Shown in pieces: positions 48,801 to 58,990 of a stretch of DNA of 64,000 bases. The DNA comes from Bugula neritina (Eukaryota > Animalia > Bryozoa). Position 1 is the first letter of the stretch. The number at the start of each line of letters is the position of its first letter. The notes beneath the pieces were generated by a model, which was not told the DNA's origin, searched no databases, and saw only the letters and a program-made list of their open reading frames with translations. The DNA lies in the NCBI GenBank assembly GCA_964035545.1, contig OZ037773.1, positions 525,751 through 589,750 of the forward strand. The letters are read 5' to 3'. The position numbers were made by a program, and so were the translations under genes.

Positions 48801-51800
48801 GGCACATATTGAGGAGAGGCAGACCAAACCACCCCACCGCAGGCCTGACTAAAGCTCGGCTACAGGCACTGGAGGCTTCTACTCCTCGCAATTCCGTCAG
48901 CAGTCTTCAGTCCTACATTGAACATGGTAGGTGTCTGTCTGAATGGATTCTAGTGTAGCTGGAACACAATGCTTTTATTTTCCTGGTTTTCAGTCAAGCA
49001 TCCAATTTGGGGAACCATTTCTCCTGTAGATAGCAAAGCCTAGCAATGGGTAAACATCAACTCCTGTTGATCGATTTTTAGTTGCAGAGCCATGAAATAG
49101 CTTGTAGATGTACAAATTGTAAGTTTTGTTTGGCTTCAGTTGAATTTATAGTAATATGGGTGAGGTGATAGTGGAGAATAACTTGCAATAGCAGAGTGGA
49201 AAATGAAAGGCTCAAGACAAGCTCACACTGGAAGATGAAAGGCTCAAGACAAGCTCACACTGGAAGATGAAAGGCTAAAGACAAGCTCACACTGGAAGAT
49301 GAAAGGCTAAAGACAAGCTCACACTGGAAGATGAAAGGCTAAAGACAAGCTCACACTGGAAGATGAAAGGCTAAAGACAAGCTCACACTGGAAGATAAAG
49401 GCTGAAGACAAGCTCACATTTGCAGAAGTGTTCCAGACTGTCATTTTATTCTCATCATTCTCATTTCTGTAGATGCTGTCATTGCTGCCGGTGTTGATCC
49501 ACTGCCTCAGTCCACCGAACCAAATGAAGCTCAAGACTGGGTCGAATGCGGAGTTGCGGAACCAGTCTACAAGAATGTGAGGCGCCATCGCCAACATCTG
49601 GTGGGTTTATTTGTTGTGTGGACAGAACCTGCAACTGTATGACTCATCATGCTCTAGCACTACTTAGCCTTAACTCACTTCTTCCTCTGGTATCCTGGGA
49701 ATTTATTGAAACCCAAAATTATACATGGACTTATCATGCAACATCTTATATATACACTGTAATATGTAATATATCATACACTATACTATACACTGTATTA
49801 TGCACGGTTTATAATATATCGGGCACTATATTTATACACTGGATTATGCACTCTATTGTCCACTATATCCTGTAATATATTGCACACTGTATGTGCAGGT
49901 CAGAGAAGACTCTTTTGACACACGGATGCAGGTGGTTGCCGGTGCCCACTCTTCTCTCTTCAAAGATCTCACTCACAACAAACCAGTACAGCGGGCTTCC
50001 ACCTCTTCTGTGTCAGGGGGAGCTACAGGAAGTAAGTAACTACTGCACATGCTCTGTAATGTATTTGAGGTTCATCATCATTTGTTTTAAAAATTTGCAA
50101 TATTCTATTTCTCACCTGTTGGTACTTGGTTATGTCTGTCACCTGTTGACACTTGGTTTTGTCTGTCAACTGTTGACACTTGGTTATAACACAGTCTCCA
50201 CTCACTAGCTCTGAAGCTTTTTTATAAGTATGTTATTATATATATTTATATGTATAATATTCTAGTGTATGTTGAACAAATCTGTTATTAACACACATCT
50301 ACCATAAAACACTTTGCTTAGAGCCTCCCAGACCAGAGAAGATGATTCCTGTAAAGAAACACAGTTCCGATGCTAAGCTCACCCTTACTCGGGCGTCAGC
50401 CACCACCCTTAAATCAGCTGAGGCAACTACCAGGTCCTTGTCTAAGTTAGAGGGAATCAGGTGCGTATTTACATCAGTGTCCTGAGTACATATTTCTAAG
50501 CCAGATGTTCAGTTGTCTGTTAGCTGGTTGAAGAGCTCTTTCGAGTCATGGTTGATTTTCTTCTTGGCTATTTTTGGCCAACATCATGGCTACTGTGACT
50601 TGCTAGGCCTACTCTTGTGTTATTAGAGCTTTTTATTGGCCATTTTTTGTCTATTAATTCTCATTCGGAATTATGTCCCCTGTTGAACCTAATCTCTGGT
50701 GTCAAATAGTGTGTTTCTCTTACTCAAGTTTACAGCTCTCTGGGCTGATATATTGATTGTGTTTTGTGCCATCATATAACATTTTATTATGAATCATTAC
50801 TGTGTATATACAATAGCTATGCTCTAACAATAATGGGATAATGTCTTGCAGTAGGTTCTAACAACTCATGCATTTTACTTTCATCCGCCAATAGCTTAGG
50901 ATACGTGCAACTGACTACATGATACTGTTGGTTGGTTTTAGCCCCATCTCTAACCTGGAAACAGAAGCTAGTTTATCCACCCCTGTCTCTAACCTGGAAA
51001 CAAACACTGATTTATCCACCCCTGTCTCTGACGAAGTCACGAGGAATGACCCTGTCTCAGCTGAGTGCAGTTATGAGAAGGTCAAGGACACAAGTGAACA
51101 ACCAAATGTTTCCCAGAATGCACTGCATAAATTAGTGGTACGTTTTCTAAGGCTGGTAATGTGTGGATTAGAGATGTGTATGTATATGAAGTAGTACTAG
51201 CAGTAGTAGTAGTAGTACTAGCAGTAGCAGTAGTAGTTTTAGCAGTAGCAGTGGTAGTAGTAGTAGTAGGAGTAGCGGTAGAGGTAGTAGTAGCGGTAGG
51301 TTAAGTAGTAGTTTCATGATATATCATACTACTAAGGTGCAGCTCTAGCTGTATTGAGAGTAAAGAGAAGTCAAGTAGAAGTCAAGTAGTGCAAGTGGAT
51401 TTAACCATATTTAATGACTGGATATGTTACCAGTGCTGTTGTGATGCTGTTATTCTGTTGCAGAGATTTTATTGGTCACCACCATGAAGTAAAACTTATT
51501 TATTTCCTAGGTCAAAGGTGCATCGGTTCATAAAATGACACATGCTGACAGTTTAGCTGACCTTCATGATGTGCGCCGGGTTCAAGATGTCAAGAGGTCA
51601 CTCAATCGACCCCAATTTCCTGAGCGGTCAGCCAGGTCACTGAGGCAAGCCCCTGTGAGGATACCCACTGTGTTTGCTAAGGGAGATCCCCGGGCTATGA
51701 GGTGAGAGAGAGGCTGTGAGGTGTGAGGCTGTGAGGTGAGAGGGAGGCTGTGAGGTGAGAGAGAGGCTGTGAGGTTAGAGAGAGGCTGTGAGGTGAGAGA

Positions 51801-53680
51801 GAGGCTGTGAGGTGAGAGAGAGGTTGTGAGGTGAGAGAGAGGTTGTGAGGTGAGAGAGAGGCTGTGAGGTGAGAGAGAGGCTGTGAGGTGATGGAGAGGC
51901 TGCGAGGTGAGAGAGAGGCTGTGAGGTTAGAGAGAGAGAGAGGCTGTGAGGTGAGAGAGAGGCTGTGAGGTGAGAGAGAGGCTGTGAGGTGAGAGAGAGG
52001 CTGTGAGGTTAGAGAGAGGCTGTGAGATGTATTCTGTTCACTGTAAGAGATATTGAAATATATGATACGCTGTAGAATTGATGCACTGGTCAATCTGACT
52101 GCAGGTACAAGATGGCTGCCGACGCTGTTCGTAGGCGGAGCTCCCAGGGAGCAGCAGACGGAGCGGAGAACAGGAGGAAGGTGTCACCTGCTGTTAACAA
52201 GCAGACGTCAGGTATGTGCTTAAGTTGCTCTTAAATGACTTGACTTGAAGCAGTCATCTATGCTGTGGTAGCTCTCCTGTCATTTGTCTGTTTGTCTGTA
52301 ATATTGCTTTAAAGAGTGTAGAAGAGATGCAATGAGTTTGTATTCATGGCTTAGGACAGTTTAAGTTTAATCCTAGACTTTGTTGACATAATAGTCAGTG
52401 TGAGCACTCCAGCAATGTTGCTGTAGATGAAACCAGCAGTGTGTGGATAAGATTCACCTGCCCAGTTAAATATAAGTATACGTTGAGTGACTCACAGACC
52501 ACGTTCTACGGAGTTAAGCATGTTTTCTCATTATGTAACTATGGTCGTTGTTTATACCAATAACATTTGACTTCCTATTGGTTGCTTAGCTTGCCCATGG
52601 CTTGACTTTAACGGCTAGATAACTTATTGCTCTCGGGATATGTTGATTAGGAATAACTTAAATGGAAACAAATAGAGACAGCAAAAATAACTTGCAATGT
52701 GTTTATGTATTTAGGTGTTGCCATGGAGACAAACAATTTAATACAAGCTTGTCTTTCGCCTCCCCTAAGAACAGTTGCCAAGACTGAGCCCTATATTCCT
52801 ATCTCAACAAATATAGTGAGAGGAGTGCTAGACAGCCCCTCCAAGGTTTGTTGGAATTAATGTTTCATTTGAACTGTGTTTGAGTGGTAACTTTTGTAGC
52901 CGAATCCCTCAGGAATTGTACAAAAGAAGCATTGCTTTTTATTGAGTTTGCATTTACAGGCTGTAATTTTTGTGGCCGTTGACTCATCAGGGATTTTAGT
53001 TCAGTTATTTTCTAGTGCACCTGTACTGATAGTCATTGGTGTGTTTTATTACATGACGCCTGTTAGGGCTGTCATTAGATATATGTTTTATTACAAGACA
53101 CCTGTTAAGGTTTTCATAAGTTGAATCAACTTCAGACGCATTTTATTTTCAATATAATGGATTCTTTGGCAACAGATTCAGTCTACTAGTGTATAAGTGA
53201 GAAATTCTCCGTTGTGCTCCAACAAGGCACACAACGCATTGCTTATTAAAGTTATATACCATTACCGCTGCTACGTTTATACATATTTAAAATAATATTT
53301 GTGTAATATTTTCTCATTTCTGGTTATAAAATATGCAATGTTATGTATATTATGTTATATGTAATAGTATATATTATGTAATATTATGTTATGTTTTTTA
53401 CTTTGCTGACTATATGTTGTAGCTAATGAGCCCCCAGTTCTCCAGCTGTAGGTCTCCTCTGAGGGAGCACTCACCCAACATCCCCCCTCCCTCAGCCCTA
53501 AACAGTATACCCAAGATAAAGTCGGCCATGTTGCCAGTTAACAACATAAAGATAGCTCCGCACACCTCCTCAGCTCCTTCTCAGTCGCCAAAGTCACACA
53601 AATCATCAGCCCCTAGATACACCCCCTACTCTAAGGAAAATTGCATCCGGCCTCCCAGGGCTAAACCTTCTGCATTGTGA
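33862..53680 (+). CDS. ARHGAP11A: Rho GTPase-activating protein 11A-like, 23 coding exons, about 1036 aa
   Basis: Exons: 33862-34059, 41120-41202, 41632-41728, 42017-42136, 42668-42814, 43110-43242, 43948-44094, 46060-46294, 46431-46504, 46631-46745, 46858-46969, 47901-48000, 48289-48347, 48578-48660, 48802-48926, 49473-49600, 49899-50031, 50322-50460, 50942-51137, 51511-51701, 52105-52211, 52715-52845, 53423-53680. Total 3111 nt with all phases consistent. N-terminal LRVFGIKV resembles ARHGAP11A. RhoGAP motifs: VFGVPL, EGLFRKTGS (Arg finger), IKQFFRELPEPLIP, NKMTAHNIAVCLTPNL. A long Ser/Pro/Arg-rich tail follows; tail exons are less certain than the GAP domain. Confidence 0.88.
34089..34360 (-). 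repeat. 3' LTR of the copia element
   Basis: tgttgaatgtg...tttctcaaca; identical to 38457-38728 except for one C/T difference (34166). Confidence 0.97.
34368..38474 (-). CDS. Copia gag-pol polyprotein (Gag-PR-IN-RT-RNase H), 1368 aa
   Basis: Two CCHC knuckles (CTACGKSNHSSTDC, CNYCKKAGHIESVC); protease VDCGATSH; IN HHCC (WHRALGH...CKTC) and core HTDNGMEY...NGKSER; RT KARYVAKGF, QLDVKGAYLN, SIYGLKQSGRNW, WVDD; RNase H YVDADWGG, EAEY, TDN, SKHIDIR. IN precedes RT, the copia order. Confidence 0.97.
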   Translation of the reverse strand: MATHSTGYGPSGFKHRLLFDGDSNNFSIWETRFTSYLYTQDEGVHTALLPKEEGEDNAADFNKKNKRAYAELVQVLDEKSLQLVMRDAKDDGRKAFKILKEHYASTQKPRVLTLYEQLTTVKMNDTEDITDYLIRAENYSAGLKSAGENISDNLVIAMIMKGLPTSYQPFVVVHTQLDKNQTLSEFKAALTNFDLTESARCSQSTAMVFKGRDNFKPTSKRDKQCTACGKSNHSSTDCYSKHKLFCNYCKKAGHIESVCWTKKKTSKTEISSANATYAFTVNTSNQCNIATQNKSQGGQLLMVDCGATSHLVNNENNFISFDKSFTPENHYIEMADGRKTNKLAVAKGTAQFTITDDNNMEQQIHLKDALLAPTIPTSLFSVHAATQKGAKVHFSREKNILTVDKTTFPIMPKGRLYFLKTTHTGDSINTAKSLPDWHRALGHMNTNDIIELEKVTTGMTITGAKLKIACKTCDESKITKQPHKQDDKPELATQPLQRVHSHLCGPITPTARGGQNYIINFIDEFSSMLFTYNIRHKSDATTALKQFIADVAPIGDVKEIHTDNGMEYLGQPFEAVLRERGIKHTTTAPYSSYQNGKSERTWRTIMDTARCLLKDSNLPKTFWSFAADHAKYLRNRSYQRRTGKTAYELFTGTLPDMRKIHNFGSQCTFYSEGNKLKLSDRGQSGIYLGVNTKAQGYLILTPNQKIVTSRNVIPQICGNDAMNVIPQGPAQNSRNGTQNTMPQEPAQICGNDAMNVIPQGPAQNSRNGTQNTMPQEPAQICGNDAMNVMPQGPALNSRNGTQNTMPQEPAPDPAKATNQPGPRKSERKRKPPTYLQDYDIEDTDYACSLMANIPQSYQEAVNSKDKEAWKKAMDKEINTLRDSNTWSIQPLPEDRTETKGRWVYTLKQGKTPGETQHKARYVAKGFSQIQGVDYEETYSPTTRFTSIRLLLQKAANENMKIHQLDVKGAYLNAPIDKEIYLQQPEGYEETNKQGKLSCRLNKSIYGLKQSGRNWHQTLTTFLKEQGFTPGAGDPCLYSKEDPSDKSANIIILFWVDDILLCCRDDNRITQTKSMMQQKFNMDDRGELSWFLGIDFKRHEDQYTMSQERYIDTLLNTYNMADCNPVYTPAEKDLQLEKATDDEYERSKDYPYRQVIGSLIYLMTATRPDLAWIIGKLSQHLERPGPAHIAALKRLLRYLKGTKGFNLRFTPNQQELVGYVDADWGGETSTRRSTTGYVFTLGGAPISWNSRRQPTVALSSCEAEYMALAEATKKMLFLQTLCKTFKMKQPNPNTLFTDNLGAIALTKGQPYLHQGSKHIDIRFHIVREQTTIAYQHIRGAQNPANVMTKSLPKTNHRIALELLAIESHA
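38457..38728 (-). repeat. 5' LTR of the copia element
   Basis: Adjacent to the PBS; contains the gag ATG (38474). Confidence 0.97.
43265..43600. repeat. 39-bp minisatellite (ccctgtatcattacaccactgtataccttagcaactacc)n
   Basis: About 8.5 copies starting about 22 nt after the exon 6 donor; accounts for ORF 43234-43587. Confidence 0.95.
44102..45020. repeat. 26-bp minisatellite (tacactagactatattgtatatacta)n
   Basis: About 35 copies starting 7 nt after the exon 7 donor. Confidence 0.97.
47418..47615. repeat. 29-bp minisatellite (tagcctgtgtaccttctctctttctcatt)n
   Basis: About 7 copies. Confidence 0.93.
49198..49420. repeat. 32-bp minisatellite (gaagatgaaaggctaaagacaagctcacactg)n
   Basis: About 7 copies ending about 50 nt before the exon 16 acceptor. 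Confidence 0.93.
51694..52026. repeat. 19-bp minisatellite (gctgtgaggtgagagagag)n, built from the ARHGAP11 exon 20 donor
   Basis: About 17 copies; the first unit is the real junction GCTATGAG|gtgaga. Confidence 0.95.
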
Positions 53681-53751
53681 CACTGAAAGCTGTGAGGGGA
53701 CAAATCCTATTGACTATGTTTGCATTGATGAACTTAGTTTTAGACTCTCTA

Positions 53752-53910
53752 TTTATCCTTAGCCAATGATATCTGTTTAGGTATTATCCTTAGCCAATGA
53801 TATCTGTTTAGATATTATCCATAGCCAATGATATCTGTTTAGGTATTATCCTTAGCCAATGATATCTGTTTAGGTATTATCCTTAGCCAATGATATCTGT
53901 TAAGGTATTA
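53752..53910. repeat. 31-bp tandem repeat in the ARHGAP11 3' UTR (tattatccttagccaatgatatctgtttagg) x5
   Basis: Starts about 70 nt after the stop. Candidate poly(A) signals AATAAA at 53973 and 54204. Confidence 0.9.
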
Positions 53911-55787
53911 GAATGTGAAACTTAAGTTCCGAGACAATCTTGTTCTTAGATCTTTAATACAACTTTAATGTAAATAAACTGCTTTAGTATAGATTTTAAG
54001 TTTATTATTTTTGTTGAGTGTTGAATTTTATCATGCATGGATTATTTTCAAGTTTGTAATTTTTCAGCAATTGCAGAATAACACTCTATGCTTAGCTTTG
54101 GTATTTAATGTTGGCCAGTTTTGGCCTCTGAAATTAGACAAAACATTTTAATTTTGAACACTTTATTATTTTATCTGTGCAATATTATTTTACACCAATT
54201 GCCAATAAACCTGAATGCAGTACATACTGTAAAAGTAAAAAGGTAATTTAAATGATTTTCAATATGAAAAGTTGTCTTACATAGATAGTAACACAGTAAT
54301 GCTTTTCCTTTAAAATATAGATCCTTGCACACTCCTAGCTGGAACTTAAAAGAACTTCATTACACAATTAATTGAAGTTGTATAATATAACATCTACATC
54401 AATAACAAATTTTGCCTTTAACAAAAATGCTTTGCTAATGTCACATCGTTCAACTACATTTGACATAATTTAATTATTTTTTTCAAAAATAACAGTTTGA
54501 GAAAGTAATGAAATTATATAAGAAAATGTGTTGTATATTTTTCACTAAAACAACTGCTAGAATAAAAACAATATCACATGATACATCCAAGGTACAATGG
54601 TCAATTACCTGAAATTCTGGTACAAGTTATATTTTTGCTTATATTACACAAATTTATTACATGCAATTTAATCATACACGCACGCACACACGCACGCACA
54701 CACGCACTTTATATTGCTATCCGCACAAGATCCGCCTATGGACGAGTTGTCTCGGCTGTTGTCATTGCCCATTGGCCAACAACACAACACAACAAAATAA
54801 ATTACATTTACTGTGTGCAGGTGCACTTCTCGGCACTACTGATGTTTTTTCAAGGTTACTGCAGTAACCTTTTAAATAACATCAGTGCCTACCTCTACTA
54901 GTGCTAGTTGGTAACCAGGAAGTTAGATTGTGTAGTCACTACATAAATATCAACATGTATGTGGTATTCCATTGTATATCGTAGCTTTAGTCATAATTTA
55001 TTGATTATATAATTGTAAACACATGCACTTGTTCTTGTACTTGGCGTTGACGCTGCCGTTGTACTTAAGTTGAAGTATAAGATTGATTAACTATTACAAT
55101 ATGAATATGAATAACATCAACTATAAGTTTTACTCTAAGTTAATTAGTATTAGTATTACTGTATTACTAATAGTAATAGTAATAATAATGTTAATAATAT
55201 TACTATTAGTATATCACTACCAGTAAAACCTAAGTTTTAAGTTTAAGACTAAGTGTATTCATATTCATATTGAACATTGATAATGATATCATATTTATTG
55301 ATATCCACCATTACCATCACCATGAAGATGGCGTGATCAGTGTTGATACTTCAAATTTATAGCTGTCACTCACCAACCTCAGGCTCATGATCATGATGAT
55401 GATGTTCATAATCATAATGATGAAATCAAAGTGACCTTCAGTTTCACATTGACATTGGGATTATCATGATCAAAATTCACATTTACATGTACAGTGTACT
55501 ACTGCTACTAGTAGTAGTACTATTAGTATTAGTACTAGTATTACTAGTATTTACTATTTAGACATTCTATTGAGAGCTATTGACTATTCAAATTCTGTGT
55601 TCTTATTACTTTTGCTATTACTATTAGGTGCCATTTTCATAATAATTGTTTTGATTATCAATGGGATTATTTTTATTCATTTTGATTACGATAATTATAA
55701 TTATTAATTATTATCATTATGATTTATAACTAAAATGTAAAATGGAAACCCTGATTGAAAAACATTATTTTATTTCTCTATCTTAGA

Positions 55788-56452
55788 CAAGGCTGTCCAA
55801 AAGGCCACGCAAGACTGGATGGGGAGGGGGCAACGTAAATTTGTGTGGCCCTCAAAGGGGTAGCAAATTAAAACTATTTTAATAATTTTTCACGAGTCTG
55901 TGGCAACAGTAGCTAGATATTTAAAACACATTTTTTGGGGAAATTCTCATTTACAAGACAAACTTTTTTTAAAAGCACTCATTTTTATTTTGGTTGAGTC
56001 CAGCCCAAAAATAAGCTTTAGGTAACTTTCAGGCGGGTTTCATGCAGGCATAATGCTGAACAGTCAGTGCAGAAAATTGGTGCGGATTTGATCTAATTTA
56101 TAACTTGTTTAATTTATATGCAGGTCATAAAACATGAAGTCTGCAGTGATTATTGGGACTTGATTGTTGTAATTTTTGTAAATGTTCCATGAGGTGTAGA
56201 TAGTGGATTAGTTGTGAAGGCAACTTAGATTAATGTTTATTAAAACACTAATAGAAAGTAACTAGCCTAGTAGAGGGATGCCATGTAATCTTTTTAATAA
56301 CAGCGAAGTATAGCTAGGTCTTGAAAGATTTACGGAAAAATACGCAAGTTGATTATAATGCAGTAATGATTCCTAGAAATTCGGAATAATATAATTCATA
56401 AAGTACTGATGCCGTGGTCCCATTTCAAACTAATTTTGGTTGGACATCCATG
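55788..56452. mobile_element. Old hAT-like non-autonomous element
   Basis: Ends caaggctgtccaa ... ttggacatccatg are an imperfect inverted pair resembling the element at 29648. TSD not preserved. Confidence 0.35.
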
Positions 56453-57475
56453 GTTTAAGGCTTGCAGGATTCAAAAGTCCGTGGTTGTATCGTACATAAG
56501 TGTGTTTGACAGTGTGTATATTGCCATTTATTTTGAGTAAAGAATACTTCTGTTCAAGAAATTATAGAAAATGCCCTCACATTTATTTTTCATGAAGTTT
56601 TGTGCAGAAAACCTAAGGTCATTATTTAGAACTTGGTTTATTATCTTTTAAATTGAGTCACAGTTTTGTTTATCAAGAAATAAGAATAGGTTTGTATTCT
56701 CATTCTATGTGCAAGTTTAACTTCCAACATGTAGGCTGGGTTTGATGTTTAGTTCATATATTTACAGGCTATGCTCTACCAGCATATATAATGTATATAT
56801 AGTAAATATTTTATATAGTTAACTCTAAAGTTCAAACTGTATAGGAAGGTTTATAATATCTGCATCAATTGGCAGCCTACAGCTTTTTCAAATGTTCAGA
56901 TTGTAGTCACTTGATTTTATTTATAACCATTTATATCAACATCATCTGGGGTTACTGTAGAAACTGTTGTTATGCTTCATTGAAATCTGTACAACTAATC
57001 AAAAAGATATTCATCAATTTGAATGTTTGAAATAATCACAACAATTACAACATTTTTCTATCGTATAATAAATGCCAAAAGCTGCCAGCTATTGTTTGAG
57101 TTGTTGAAATTTGATCCCTCTGTTTTTTTCAAAGGTAGTTTTTGTACTGTTAGGTACAAATGTATCTGGCTTTTCTAGCGATCTAAGGATTTATCCCTTG
57201 AGGGTTTTTCCTGGTTAATAATTAATTATTTATCTGCAGCAGTGCTGTGTATATGGCTGCATTAGATTACATGTAGTATATCTATACTCATTGTTAGATA
57301 AATTGCTTCATTAGTTCTGACTTTTGCTAACAGAACCGTGGGCTGGCATTCAATCAGATATAATAATAATTTCTGATGGTTTTTCTAATCTCTATTGCCT
57401 AAACATTGTTACAAACGAGTATAGTTAGTTGGCTTTGACTTGATCTGTTTCAGTACTTTCTGTTGTATCCTGGCT

Positions 57476-57780
57476 AACCCCCTATTCACACTTACCGTAA
57501 CGTACGTCGTAACGTAAAATATCGGCCATTTTTAATGTGTCCGTGCTGAAGTTTTCAAAGTCCGCTATTAAGTACGATCTAGGACACTTCATTGGACAAT
57601 TATATCCAATGAAGTAACGCAAAAGTTTTTCTGTCTAATAGGAGTCCGCCATAACTTATTTGAATCAAGCAGTGTTTGATCCTAACGTACCGCAACGCCG
57701 TACAGGGAGCTCAGACATTTGTAAAAATGGCTGATATTTGCTGTTACGGCATACGGTACTGTAAGTGTGAATAGGGGGTT
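57476..57780. mobile_element. Palindromic MITE (about 305 bp)
   Basis: Perfect 20-bp TIR aaccccctattcacacttac / gtaagtgtgaatagggggtt. Sub-terminal inverted pair atatcggccattttta / taaaaatggctgatat. Internal hairpin ttcattgga...tccaatgaa. TSD unresolved. Confidence 0.85.
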
Positions 57781-58229
57781 CGTGTGTATATCTGTTTTAT
57801 TCATTATGTGAAAAGTTAATGCTCTCAGTTCTGTCATCATTTTTGAGTGCTATATCAGAATGTGCTTGATTATAAAGTAGTTAGTTATTAGAGTACTTAA
57901 GCGTTGCCAGTGAGCAATAAACCATTTACTCTTTCACATATATGCAATCCGCCTGGTTACACTTTCCTTTGAACTGGTTTATGCATCAGCTAATGATAAG
58001 TAGGGTAGGGTAGAATAAAGTTATAGGCTCTAAATGTGTCTCGGGTTTTATCAGCTTTGGTACAAAATGTCATCACCATGGATATTATCTCAACATGACT
58101 TGTTCCAACTGTTATCTGCAGCTTTATTCAGTTTGAAACAACAACTGTGCTTGATTTATTTTTGCTATGTTGACTCACGTGACTTTTTGAACTTCCTGGT
58201 TGCGTCAACAGCATAGAGATTGTCACATT

Positions 58230-58385
58230 CACTCACACACACATAAACACACACATGCACACATAAACACACACATGCACACATAAACACACATCACACA
58301 CACACACACACAACACACACACACACATAAACACACCACACACACACCACACTCACACAAACACACCACACCACACACCACTTCA
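58230..58385. repeat. Degenerate (CA)n microsatellite
   Basis: CA-rich run. Confidence 0.9.
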
Positions 58386-58990
58386 CTCATGAAAATAAGT
58401 TATCTTTACTTCTAATAGCCTGTGTGTGCTCTATTTCTTATGTAAATTTAGATAACGTAATGTATGCAGTCTCTTTATTATTGTTCAAAAGGAACTGCAT
58501 AATAGCTATTATGACTCTCAAGCTATCTTATCAATAAGGTTTTAGAGATAAACTATTCAGCCTTGAATAAAACACTTGATGGTGAATTGGTGTAGGAGGA
58601 AGTTTCTGTAGAACAGGGTGTGTTATAACAGCTAGGCAGTTCACTATTAGAGGGAAACTTTAGTACTCAGAGGTAATATTGTGTTGTAGCTCATCGGTGG
58701 TTCTACATCTCAACAGATTCAAGGGAAGCTTGCTCCTGGAGATGTGACTTGGTGTGTGGTACTAGTTACTGATATACTGGTTCATTGCTCATCGCCTGTG
58801 AGTTTAACCTTCAGGCTAATGTCTTTATTTACAAAGAAATTTTCAGGCTAATATCTACTTTTTTTATTAATTTCTTTAGTTGATCAAATTTATATAATTG
58901 AATTTTCCAGTAATTGCTGAATATGTGACAATAAATTATAGCATGGTGAAATTTAGTGTTTGTTTTAGAATTATCTCCCTTTTGCCAAGT

